From contig JAUXSI010000004.1 in the NCBI GenBank assembly GCA_030679985.1, positions 1-46,168 of the forward strand: a DNA stretch of 46,168 nucleotides, given 5' to 3'. Every line of letters begins with the position of its first letter. The stretch's first letter is position 1. Below, in pieces: positions 19,637 through 28,323 of this stretch. The DNA comes from Candidatus Moraniibacteriota bacterium (lineage in GTDB: Bacteria; Patescibacteriota; Minisyncoccia; Moranbacterales; UBA2206). The notes under the pieces were generated by a model. That model saw only the letters and a program-made list of their open reading frames with translations. It made no database searches and had not been told where the DNA came from. Made by a program: the position numbers and the translations under genes.

Positions 19637-19824
19637 CGAAGCGCCGGGTCTATCGGCATCAAAACTTATCATTATGATGAAAACAAAAAAGACCTTGTCG
19701 CGCTCAAAAAGTTTTTAATGGAGAATCTATGAAAAATGCCGATATGCCAGCGGAAAAACTGAAAATAAAATTCACCGTTGGAAAAACCGGACGCAGGCGG
19801 GCAGCTTGTTTATTTGGCGGATAG
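19637..19824 (+). pseudogene. Gene remnants: 3' end of a probable HAD hydrolase plus a short overlapping ORF start
   Basis: RSAGSIGIKTYHYDENKKDLVALKKFLMENL-TGA (to 19732) with ATGA overlap into MKNADMPAEKLKIKF...TAG. Confidence 0.45.
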
Positions 19825-19876
19825 CCTTATAATAAAAATACGCTAGTCTGGAATAAGTCTTTAAATATAAATCCAA

Positions 19877-20377
19877 ATGGATCTCGGTAAATTGTTAGTG
19901 GGTTTCGGCGTGTCGCCCCAAATGACGCAGGACATCTCCTTGTTCATCGTGGTCGCCATCCTGAGTTTCGTATTTGGAATGTTCATCGGGCGCTACAAGC
20001 TGATCACGATCCTGATCAATATCTACGTGGCCTATGCGGTCACGATGAGCGTGCCGGCCAAATATTTTTCGGATTATGTCTATGAGCTGGTTTTCTTTCT
20101 GGCTGGAATCGTGATCCTGACATTGATCAGCAAGCAATTGTTCGAGGTGTATATTTCCGGTTCGGGTTCCGGATTCCTGTGGCGCGTGTTCGTGATGAGT
20201 TTTTTGGAGATAGTATTTTTGATCAGCATCGTCCTTGCGATTGTTCCGAAAAGCGTGGCCTTGGGCTATGTTTCACCGACGGCCTATGGGTATCTGGCCT
20301 CGGAAAACGCCCGCCTGGCTTGGATGATAATCCCGATGGCTTTTATGTTTTTCATCCATAAACGGTTGAACCGGTAG
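19877..20377 (+). CDS. Hypothetical membrane protein (CvpA-like topology)
   Basis: 5 hydrophobic segments; FGMFIGR after TM1. Confidence 0.7.
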   Translation: MDLGKLLVGFGVSPQMTQDISLFIVVAILSFVFGMFIGRYKLITILINIYVAYAVTMSVPAKYFSDYVYELVFFLAGIVILTLISKQLFEVYISGSGSGFLWRVFVMSFLEIVFLISIVLAIVPKSVALGYVSPTAYGYLASENARLAWMIIPMAFMFFIHKRLNR

Positions 20378-20383
20378 GCGTCA

Positions 20384-20411
20384 TTGACTAGTTTCTGAAA
20401 AGTGCTATACT
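20384..20411 (+). promoter_or_regulatory. tRNA promoter
   Basis: TTGACT-16 nt-(TGc)TATACT. Confidence 0.7.
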
Positions 20412-20459
20412 TACACAAGTTATTCGTTTATAACTTTTTTTGTTTGTCATTTGAATAAT

Positions 20460-20532
20460 GCGCCCATAGCTCAGTCGGTAGAGCAGTTGCCTTTTAAGCA
20501 AACGGTCCCAAGTTCGAGTCTTGGTGGGCGCA
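20460..20532 (+). tRNA. tRNA-Lys(UUU), CCA not encoded
   Basis: Acceptor GCGCCCA/TGGGCGC, D-arm GCTC..GAGC, anticodon loop CTTTTAA, T-arm CCAAG-TTCGAGT-CTTGG. Confidence 0.96.
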
Positions 20533-20540
20533 CACGACAT

Positions 20541-20561
20541 AAATCCCCTGGTGGGATTTTT
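20541..20561 (+). terminator. Terminator after tRNA
   Basis: AAATCCC-CTGGT-GGGATTT-TT. Confidence 0.6.
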
Positions 20562-20585
20562 GCGTTTTATGCTATAATCAACCTA

Positions 20586-21638
20586 ATGAATAAATATCTG
20601 ACATTCGCGCTGTTGTCGCTTGCGGCCGTATCCTTGTCCGGCTGTTCTTCGGCTCCGGCCAAACCGGCCGAAGAGGCGCAACCTGTCGCCGTAAAAAGCA
20701 GCAGTGTCCTGAAATCGGTTGACGGAGGGCGCAGCTGGGAATTCAAAGGCAAAGTCGGCGACGCGGTGAATTTGGACGCGGTGGATGTCCTCAGCATGGC
20801 GATCAATCCGTATGACACCAGGAATATCCTGGTCGGGACGCTCAAAGGCGGGATTTTAAAGACCGACGACGCGGGAGAGAATTGGAGCCTGCTTCCGTTC
20901 GAGGCTGAAAAAGTTTACGGTTTGGCGGTCGATCCGGCGGATAGCCGCATAATATACGCGAGCGGAGTTTGGCAGGACCGGGGCAAAATATTCAAAAGCA
21001 TCGACGGGGGCAATGAGTGGAACGAAATCTATACCGCCCCTTCCAACGGACCCTTGGTCATTTCTTTGGTTTTGGACAAAAAAAATCCCAGCGTCCTGTA
21101 TGCCACTACGAGCGACAACCAAGTGGTTAAGAGTGTCGACGCCGGAGTTTCTTGGAAAAACATCTACGCGTCCGGCAGTCCGGTCTTGAAAATCGCGATT
21201 GACAGCGCGGATAGCAATCTGCTGTATCTTAACCTGCTAAGCGGGGTCATCTTGCGGAGCCGGGACGGCGGCAGTTCCATCGGGGAGATAGAAGATGAAG
21301 CTGTCAACCAAGGCATCGGGGTCATTGAGGTTGACCCGCTGAACGCCAATTGGGTTTATGCGGCCGGCCAGGCGGGGATATTCAGGAGTAAGGATGCCGG
21401 GACTAGCTGGGAAATGGTCAAACCGCTGGGCGACGCGAACGCTTTTCCGGTGAAAGTGCTGGCTATCAATCCGGCCAATCCGAGGGAAATCGCATACGGG
21501 GCGGCGCAAGCGACCTATAAATCGCTGGATGGCGGAGTGAGTTGGATCCCCTTCCAATTACAAACGGAAAAAAGTATCAGCATTATGAAATATTCAGCTG
21601 AGCCGGATGTCCTATACCTGGGATTGAGGAAAAAATGA
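20586..21638 (+). CDS. Lipoprotein with BNR/Asp-box beta-propeller (VPS10/YCF48-like)
   Basis: Lipobox LSGC; repeated S.DGG.SW Asp-boxes; start reassigned to 20586 because the longer ORF overlaps the tRNA; TG-c-TATAAT lies 7 nt before ATG. Confidence 0.85.
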   Translation: MNKYLTFALLSLAAVSLSGCSSAPAKPAEEAQPVAVKSSSVLKSVDGGRSWEFKGKVGDAVNLDAVDVLSMAINPYDTRNILVGTLKGGILKTDDAGENWSLLPFEAEKVYGLAVDPADSRIIYASGVWQDRGKIFKSIDGGNEWNEIYTAPSNGPLVISLVLDKKNPSVLYATTSDNQVVKSVDAGVSWKNIYASGSPVLKIAIDSADSNLLYLNLLSGVILRSRDGGSSIGEIEDEAVNQGIGVIEVDPLNANWVYAAGQAGIFRSKDAGTSWEMVKPLGDANAFPVKVLAINPANPREIAYGAAQATYKSLDGGVSWIPFQLQTEKSISIMKYSAEPDVLYLGLRKK

Positions 21639-21670
21639 CCAAATAATAATTTTTTTATATAACTAGCGAT

Positions 21671-22228
21671 ATGTACAAAGAGATAATCGACAAAAAAAAG
21701 CCGGAATTGGAGAAATCAATCGAGCATTTCAAGGAGGAGTTGGGCCAGTTGCGGACCGGACGGGCTGCCGTGGCGATGGTGGACGGTCTGATGGTGGATT
21801 ATTATGGCGCGAAATCGCCCCTGAAGCAGGTGGCCAGCATTTCAGTCCCGGAACCAAGGACGATTCTGATCGCCCCTTGGGACAAAGGCAGTTTGGCGGG
21901 TATCGAAAAGTCTATCCGCGAATCGCAATTAAACCTGAATCCGAATAATGACGGGCAGGTCATCCGGATCAATATCCCGGCCTTGACCGAGGAGAGAAGG
22001 AAAGATCTGGTGAAAGTCTTGAACCAAAAGGCGGAGGAGGCCCGGATTGCCATCCGCAAACAGAGGGAGGACGCCTGGGATGAAATCCAGAAAGGGGAAA
22101 AGGAAGGATTGATGGGCGAGGATGACAAGTTCGTCGGCAAAGAAAAATTGCAGGAACTGATCGTCGAGTATAATAAAAAAGTGGTAGCGATCCGGGTCAA
22201 ACAAGAAGCGGAGATAATGACGGTTTAA
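21671..22228 (+). CDS. frr: Ribosome recycling factor
   Basis: LRTGRA, YYG, PWDK, LNPNNDG, PALTEERRKDLVK. Confidence 0.96.
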   Translation: MYKEIIDKKKPELEKSIEHFKEELGQLRTGRAAVAMVDGLMVDYYGAKSPLKQVASISVPEPRTILIAPWDKGSLAGIEKSIRESQLNLNPNNDGQVIRINIPALTEERRKDLVKVLNQKAEEARIAIRKQREDAWDEIQKGEKEGLMGEDDKFVGKEKLQELIVEYNKKVVAIRVKQEAEIMTV

Positions 22229-22238
22229 TTGGTTTAAG

Positions 22239-22376
22239 AATTTTTAATTTTTAATTTTTAATTTTATAAATAAATCATAATTTTTAAATTTTTAAGCCTA
22301 GCTTGAAACGAGGTTTAGAAATTGAAAATTAAAGCATTATTTAAAAATTACAAAATTCAAAAAATTACAAAATTAA
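22239..22376. repeat. AT-rich 7-nt-periodic imperfect inverted repeat (copy 2)
   Basis: (AATTTTT)n left arm, (AAAATT)n right arm, central GCCT..AGGT; ends about 7 nt before ATG 22384. Confidence 0.8.
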
Positions 22377-22383
22377 ATATTAG

Positions 22384-23508
22384 ATGATAACAGCAATCAT
22401 ATTCATAATCATCCTGGGCGTCTTGATTTTCGTGCATGAGCTCGGCCATTTCGTGACGGCCCGCCGGAACGGCGTCAAAGCGGATGAATTCGGTTTCGGC
22501 TTTCCTCCGCGGATGGCCGGTTTCGTGCGGGATGAGGCGACTGGCAAGTTCAAGTTCGTTTGGGGAAATAAGGATATCGAATCGAAGCATACGGTCTATT
22601 CGATCAATTGGATCCCGTTGGGCGGTTTCGTGAAAATCAAAGGCGAGGACGGAAGCGGCGTGGCCGAACCGGATAGTTTCGCGGCTAAAAAAGCCTGGCC
22701 GAGAATCAAGATTTTGGCCGCCGGCGTGGCGATGAACCTGGTCTTCGCTTGGCTGGCCATTTCGCTCAGCTTGATGATCGGGGCGCCGGAAGCGATCGAC
22801 TATGCTGCCGGAACCGACGTACCCGGATCGAAAATCCAAATCAGCCAGGTCATGCCGGACTCGCCGGCGGAAAGGGCCGGCTTGAAAGTCGGCGACGAAA
22901 TCATCCGATCGTCCGACGGCCGGCTCATATTTGGCAATATCTCTGATTTTCAAAATTTCAATAAGGGCAATAGCAATAAGGAAGTGGCTTTCGATATCAA
23001 GCGGGGAGACGAGACCATTTCAATAAAGGCCGTGCCTGAAGAAAAGGACGGGCAAGGAGTGATTGGGGTCAGCCTGGTGCAGACGGTCGTCGTGAAATAT
23101 CCGGCATATCAAGCTATTTGGAAAGGGGCGGTCGCGGTATATGATTTGACGATATTGATTTTGGTATCGCTTGGAGGGATTTTGGCAAGTATTTTTACCG
23201 GACACGGGGTCGGAGCGGATGTTTCCGGTCCGATCGGAATCGCGATCCTGACCAAACAGGTGGCGGCCTTGGGGTTTGTCCATATCTTGCAATTTGCGGC
23301 GATGCTTAGCATAAATCTGGCCATAATCAACGCATTGCCGATTCCGGCCTTGGATGGCGGACGGATCATGTTTATCCTGATTGAAAAAATCAAGGGCAGC
23401 CCAATCAGCCAGAAAGCGGAACAAATGATGCATACGGTCGGCTTCATGCTGTTGATACTTTTGATGATCGCGGTGACTTTGCGGGACGTGTTCAAATTCA
23501 TAAAGTGA
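22384..23508 (+). CDS. rseP: Site-2 intramembrane metalloprotease RseP (M50, PDZ)
   Basis: HELGH, GFGFPP, IPLGGFV, AGVAMN, SPAERAGL, NALPIPALDGG. Confidence 0.93.
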   Translation: MITAIIFIIILGVLIFVHELGHFVTARRNGVKADEFGFGFPPRMAGFVRDEATGKFKFVWGNKDIESKHTVYSINWIPLGGFVKIKGEDGSGVAEPDSFAAKKAWPRIKILAAGVAMNLVFAWLAISLSLMIGAPEAIDYAAGTDVPGSKIQISQVMPDSPAERAGLKVGDEIIRSSDGRLIFGNISDFQNFNKGNSNKEVAFDIKRGDETISIKAVPEEKDGQGVIGVSLVQTVVVKYPAYQAIWKGAVAVYDLTILILVSLGGILASIFTGHGVGADVSGPIGIAILTKQVAALGFVHILQFAAMLSINLAIINALPIPALDGGRIMFILIEKIKGSPISQKAEQMMHTVGFMLLILLMIAVTLRDVFKFIK

Positions 23509-23554
23509 GATTTTGCGCGGGGAGCGGACGGCTCCGATCGGCCGCTTTTTGTTT

Positions 23555-23583
23555 TTGACAACGGCCGGCCGGTGAAGTATGAT
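23555..23583 (+). promoter_or_regulatory. mreB operon promoter
   Basis: TTGACA-17 nt-TATGAT, preceded by a terminator-like AGCGG...CCGCT-TTTT. Confidence 0.75.
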
Positions 23584-23702
23584 AGATAGAGGCTTATTAA
23601 AGCTGAAAACAAAAATCCAGCCTGGCGCTGGACCCGGAGAACGGGAAAAATAAAGCTTGACTCAAAAAATTCTTAAATAAGAACGGATTTTTTCTTTACA
23701 TT

Positions 23703-24788
23703 ATGGCGAATGGATTTAAAAATATGTTCAAGGACTTGACCGGCAAAATATTCGGCAACCTGTCCAAGGACATCGGCATCGATCTGGGTACGGCGAACAC
23801 CTTGGTGTATGTCAAAGGCAAGGGAATCGTCATCAATGAACCTTCAGTGGTGGCAATCAACAAAAAGACCGGCCAAGTCTTGGCAATCGGAAAAGAGGCA
23901 AAGAAGATGGTCGGGAAAACTCCCGGACATATCGTGGCGACGCGTCCTTTGGTGGATGGGGTCGTGAGCGATTTCGAAGTTACTGAGCAGATGCTAAAAT
24001 ATTTCATCGACAAGGTCCACCGCGACAGCTTCACTTTGTTTCCGCGGCCGAGAGTGGTGATCGGCATACCGTCTGACGTGACGGAAGTCGAGAAGCGCGC
24101 GGTGATTGACGCGGCTATGAACGCCGGTGCGCGCGAAGCCTATCTGATCGACGAGCCGATGGCGGCGGCTATCGGCGCCCGATTGCCGGTGCAGGACGCG
24201 GCAGGCAATATGATCGTGGATATCGGAGGCGGGACGACGGACATCGCGGTCATTTCATTGGGCGGAGTGGTGACTTCACGTAATTTGCGCATTGCTGGAG
24301 ACGAAATGAACGAGGATATCATCCGCTATTGCAGGGATGAATTCAATCTTTTGATCGGGGAAAAAACCGCCGAAGATACCAAGATTGCCATCGGTAGCGC
24401 TTGCCCGCAAAAAGACAAGATGCAGATGCCGGTGCGCGGCCGCGACCTGGTGACTGGCTTGCCCAAAGAGATTATTATAGACGATACCCAGGTGCGCGAA
24501 GCCCTCTCCCGTTCGATCCGCATCGTCGTCAATAACATAAAATCGACGATCGAAGAAACCCCTCCGGAGTTGCTGGCCGATATTATGCAACGCGGAATAA
24601 TTTTAGCGGGCGGTGGAAGTCTGATACGCGGTTTGGATCGCCTAGTGGCCGATCAGACCGATATGCCGGTGCGTATGATGGAAGACCCGTTGACGGCGGT
24701 GGTACGCGGTACAGGCATCGTCCTTGAGGATTTGGAAGCCCTGAAAGGCGTGCTGATGGAAAACCAGCATGAAAGATCACTCATATAG
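23703..24788 (+). CDS. mreB: Rod shape-determining protein MreB
   Basis: IGIDLGTANT, EPSVVA, EPMAAAIGA, VDIGGGTT, TPPEL. Confidence 0.97.
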   Translation: MANGFKNMFKDLTGKIFGNLSKDIGIDLGTANTLVYVKGKGIVINEPSVVAINKKTGQVLAIGKEAKKMVGKTPGHIVATRPLVDGVVSDFEVTEQMLKYFIDKVHRDSFTLFPRPRVVIGIPSDVTEVEKRAVIDAAMNAGAREAYLIDEPMAAAIGARLPVQDAAGNMIVDIGGGTTDIAVISLGGVVTSRNLRIAGDEMNEDIIRYCRDEFNLLIGEKTAEDTKIAIGSACPQKDKMQMPVRGRDLVTGLPKEIIIDDTQVREALSRSIRIVVNNIKSTIEETPPELLADIMQRGIILAGGGSLIRGLDRLVADQTDMPVRMMEDPLTAVVRGTGIVLEDLEALKGVLMENQHERSLI

Positions 24789-24789
24789 A

Positions 24790-24941
24790 AAATCCAAAAT
24801 ATAAAATTCCAAATTCCCTGCCTGCCGGCAGGCAAGCAAATAAATCACAATAGTCAAAATAAAAAATTCAAAACAGTTTTTGATTTTGAAAATTGGAATT
24901 TTACAATTTATTTAGTATTTGTAATTTTGAATTTGTGATTT
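24790..24941. repeat. AT-rich 7-nt-periodic hairpin element (copy 3) carrying a nested GC palindrome
   Basis: AAATCCAAAATATAAAATT...AATTTGTGATTT; colinear with the 16S insertion core 45626-45760. Confidence 0.85.
24817..24836. repeat. 20-nt GC palindrome CCTGCCTGCCGGCAGGCAAG
   Basis: Near-perfect palindrome embedded in AT-only context. Confidence 0.85.
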
Positions 24942-24950
24942 AAATTTTTT

Positions 24951-25760
24951 ATGCCAAAAAAATTTCTATCTGCTAAGTTAATAAAATTCACAATAGTATC
25001 AGCGATATGTTTCTTGCTGTTTTTTTGGAACCCGAAAGGGATATTCGATCCGGTCAGAATCGTTTTTTTGGAAATCGCCTATCCGTTCCAAAAATCCTTC
25101 TATATGCTCGGCCGGAGTGTGGATGAGACGTTTTCTTTTCTGGGTTCGATCGGCGAGATGAAGGGCGACAATGAGCGGTTGATACGGGAGAATGATTCCT
25201 TGGTTTCCGAAGTGGCATCGCTGCAGGAGGCTAAGCGGGAAAACGACGTTTTGCGCGAACAGCTTGACTTGGCGCCGAGAGATAAGTTTGATTTGGAGCC
25301 GTGTTTCGTTATCGGCCAGGACCCGCAAGGTTCGGGCAGTTGGTTGATGGTCGGCAAGGGGAGTTCGGATGGGATCCGGACGGATATGCCGGTTATCGTT
25401 TCTAATGGGATTCTGGTCGGAAAAGTGGATGAAGTCGGGCCCGATAGCTCGAGAGTCAGGTTATTGACCGGTTCTGAAAGCGCGGTGAACGTGAGCGATC
25501 TTGAGACAAGCGCCCGAGGATTGATCAAGGGGACGTATGGACTGGGCTTGGTTATGGATATGGTGGCTCAGGCGGATGCCTTGAACGAGGGTGATACGGT
25601 CATAACTTCCGGTTTGGGCGGGGAGATTCCAAAGGGCCTTCTGGTTGGCCGGATCCAAGAAATCAAAGCTTCGCCCGATAAACTATTTCAACAAGCCATC
25701 GTGATACCAAGGGTAAGATATCAAAAACTGGACCTGGTTTTTGTCATAAAAAACTTATGA
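24951..25760 (+). CDS. mreC: Rod shape-determining protein MreC
   Basis: TM, coiled coil (ENDVLREQL), KGSSDGI, GD.VITSGLGG..PKGL. Confidence 0.93.
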   Translation: MPKKFLSAKLIKFTIVSAICFLLFFWNPKGIFDPVRIVFLEIAYPFQKSFYMLGRSVDETFSFLGSIGEMKGDNERLIRENDSLVSEVASLQEAKRENDVLREQLDLAPRDKFDLEPCFVIGQDPQGSGSWLMVGKGSSDGIRTDMPVIVSNGILVGKVDEVGPDSSRVRLLTGSESAVNVSDLETSARGLIKGTYGLGLVMDMVAQADALNEGDTVITSGLGGEIPKGLLVGRIQEIKASPDKLFQQAIVIPRVRYQKLDLVFVIKNL

Positions 25761-26296
25761 TGCAGAATATCGTAATCGGCCTGATCCTTTTCTTGTCGAC
25801 TATTATGCAGATTTCATTTCTGCCGGTTTTTTTCACGGACCGGTCGGTTCCGGATGTCACGTTGGTCATTATTATGATTTGGATCGCACGCGCTGATTTC
25901 AATTCGGTTTTGAAATGGACGATCATAGGTGGCTTGATGGCGGATATCGCGTCCTTCCAGCCGGTCGGTCTGAATGTATTCGCGTTCGTCACCGTGGCTT
26001 TCATCATAAATTCGCTTAGCAAGAGATTCCTGGTGCCGCAGTTTGCGGGGAAATTTTTCATACTTATCATCCTGGTCGTGGTTGGAACGGCGGTTAATCA
26101 GGCGATCATCGGGTTCGCCGCGGGGATAGGCGGGCAGACAGCCGGCTTATTTCGGAGCATTCCGTTTTTTTTCGGCCAAGGATTCTTCTTGAAATTGCTG
26201 TATAATTTGGGCATATTCGCAATCCTGTATTGGCCGCTCAAGAAACTGGATAAGATTTTCGCTTATCAAAATAACCGGGTAATAATAAAAAGATAA
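25757..26296 (+). CDS. mreD: Rod shape-determining protein MreD
   Basis: Hydrophobic, VPD and GGLMAD motifs, position between mreC and PBP2. Confidence 0.85.
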   Translation: MMQNIVIGLILFLSTIMQISFLPVFFTDRSVPDVTLVIIMIWIARADFNSVLKWTIIGGLMADIASFQPVGLNVFAFVTVAFIINSLSKRFLVPQFAGKFFILIILVVVGTAVNQAIIGFAAGIGGQTAGLFRSIPFFFGQGFFLKLLYNLGIFAILYWPLKKLDKIFAYQNNRVIIKR

Positions 26297-28179
26297 TGTT
26301 AGAGCGGTACTTCAATCGACGGAGGATGGCCAAGGGGATGGAAATAGAGGATTCCATAATGACCGTAACCGAGAAAGAAGAGGCGGTTATGGAAACGCCT
26401 TTCAAACGGCAGGGACTCGATGTCTTATGGTTCGTCATGGTTGTATTTATCGGCGCCCTGATGGCCAGAGTGGCATATTTAGATATCGTCAAAGGGGAAT
26501 ATTATGCCGATGTTTCCAAGGGCAACCGGATCCGTTCAATCGTAATCAAAGCTCCGCGAGGAAAAATTTTGGACCGGGGTGGACAGGTTTTGGCCGGCAA
26601 CGTCCCAAGTATCGACGCGGTTATCGTGCCGAGCGATTTGCCGGATGACTCCGGACAAAGGACCGCGGTAGCCGGGCAAGTGGCGGAAATCTTGAAATTG
26701 GAAAAAGGGAATGTGGAGGCCGCGATCGAAAGCCAGAATCGCAAGTCATCCGATCCGATCCTGCTGGCGGAAAATATCACCCAGGAACAAGCCCTGCTTT
26801 TGTCGGAAAAAGCCAGGAATCTTCCAGGAATAACGGTGGATAATACCGCCATCCGGAATTATGGGGATAGCAATATCTTTTCCGCGATCATCGGTTATGA
26901 TGGCAAGATAACCCGAGAAGAGATGAACAAGGATTCCAGTTATGTTATGACGGATTATATCGGGAAAACGGCTTTGGAAAAACAATATGAAAAAGAACTG
27001 CGCGGGGTGCCAGGCGCCAAACAGGTCGAAGTCGATTCGATGGGGAATGTGAAAAAGAATTTGGGTATTATCAATCCGCAGGCAGGGAACGATTTGGTTT
27101 TGAATATCGACGCAGGACTGCAAAAAAAATTATACGACAGTATGGCGGGCATCCTGGAAGCGACCGGCACGCGGACCGCCGCCGCCGTAGCGATCGATCC
27201 GAGGAACGGCGGGGTGCTGGCGATGGTCAGCTTTCCGAATTATGACAATAACCTGTTCGCACGCGGAATTTCCAATGATGAATACCGGTCCATCGTTTCG
27301 GATAAGGATCTGCCTCTTTTGAACCGGGCTGTCGACGGCGAATATCCGCCCGGATCAACTTTGAAAATGGCGGTCGCCGCCGCCGCCCTTTCGGAGGGAA
27401 CCATCAGTCCGTCGACGATCATCGACGGGATGGGCGGCAGTATCCATATCGGCACTTTCCGCTTCGGCGATTGGAAGACGCACGCCGCAAGCGATGTCAG
27501 GACGGCTATCGCGGAGAGTAATGATATCTTCTTCTATTCCATCGGGGGCGGCTATGGGAATATTGCCGGACTGGGTATGGGTCGGATGAAAAAATATAAC
27601 AACCTTTTCGGTTTTGGCAGTCCGACCGGCATCGATCTGCCTGGCGAGTCAAGCGGATTCATTCCGGACGAACAATGGAAACTGGATAAATTGAAAGAAA
27701 AATGGTATATCGGGAATTCATATCACGCTTCAATCGGTCAGGGATACATAACTGCCACGCCTTTGCAATTTGCGAATTATACGGCCTCTTTGGCCAATGG
27801 CGGGACGCTGTATTCCCCCAAGATAGTCAGCCAGATCAAAAAAGGCGACGGCCAGTCCGAATATATCAATCCGGACATAATCAGGAAAAATTTCATCGAT
27901 AGTCCGATTATGCAAGTCATCCGGGAAGGTATGCGCAAGACCGTGACGGACGGGACGGCCCAGCCGCTTAAAGATCTATCTATTGAGGTGGCGGGAAAAA
28001 CCGGCACGGCGCAATTCGGAAGTGAAGGGAAAACCCATGGCTGGTTCGTTTCGTTCGCTCCGTATGATAATCCGGAAATCGCCATGGCTATCATCGCGGA
28101 AGGCGGCGGGGACGGGCACTCGTCCGGAGTGCCGGTCACCAAGGAGGTCTATGAATATTATTTCAACCGCGGCAAGTAG
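26296..28179 (+). CDS. mrdA: Penicillin-binding protein 2 (class B)
   Basis: APRGKILDR, YPPGSTLK (SxxK), SND, KTGTAQ. Confidence 0.93.
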   Translation: MLERYFNRRRMAKGMEIEDSIMTVTEKEEAVMETPFKRQGLDVLWFVMVVFIGALMARVAYLDIVKGEYYADVSKGNRIRSIVIKAPRGKILDRGGQVLAGNVPSIDAVIVPSDLPDDSGQRTAVAGQVAEILKLEKGNVEAAIESQNRKSSDPILLAENITQEQALLLSEKARNLPGITVDNTAIRNYGDSNIFSAIIGYDGKITREEMNKDSSYVMTDYIGKTALEKQYEKELRGVPGAKQVEVDSMGNVKKNLGIINPQAGNDLVLNIDAGLQKKLYDSMAGILEATGTRTAAAVAIDPRNGGVLAMVSFPNYDNNLFARGISNDEYRSIVSDKDLPLLNRAVDGEYPPGSTLKMAVAAAALSEGTISPSTIIDGMGGSIHIGTFRFGDWKTHAASDVRTAIAESNDIFFYSIGGGYGNIAGLGMGRMKKYNNLFGFGSPTGIDLPGESSGFIPDEQWKLDKLKEKWYIGNSYHASIGQGYITATPLQFANYTASLANGGTLYSPKIVSQIKKGDGQSEYINPDIIRKNFIDSPIMQVIREGMRKTVTDGTAQPLKDLSIEVAGKTGTAQFGSEGKTHGWFVSFAPYDNPEIAMAIIAEGGGDGHSSGVPVTKEVYEYYFNRGK

Positions 28180-28214
28180 GCGAATTGGCTGAATATGCCC
28201 GAAAAAGGCTTGGA

Positions 28215-28242
28215 TTGACAATAATTTTCCAGCTGTTATAAT
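28215..28242 (+). promoter_or_regulatory. greA promoter
   Basis: TTGACA-16 nt-(TGt)TATAAT consensus hexamers. Confidence 0.85.
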
Positions 28243-28256
28243 AGTCTTGATATTTT

Positions 28257-28290
28257 AATTTACTGTCCCCCGAGGACAGTAAATTTTATT
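28257..28290 (+). terminator. Terminator-like hairpin inside the greA leader
   Basis: AATTTACTGTCC-CCCGA-GGACAGTAAATT-TTATT. Confidence 0.6.
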
Positions 28291-28323
28291 AGACAACCCA
28301 AGATAATTTTTAAGGACATTGAT

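Noticed and set aside
20451-20585. N-terminal extension of ORF 20451..21638
   Set aside because: Overlaps tRNA-Lys and its terminator; the lipoprotein signal starts at 20586
22239-22376. CRISPR array or simple microsatellite
   Set aside because: No repeat-spacer structure and no cas genes; the heptads are degenerate and arranged as an inverted repeat
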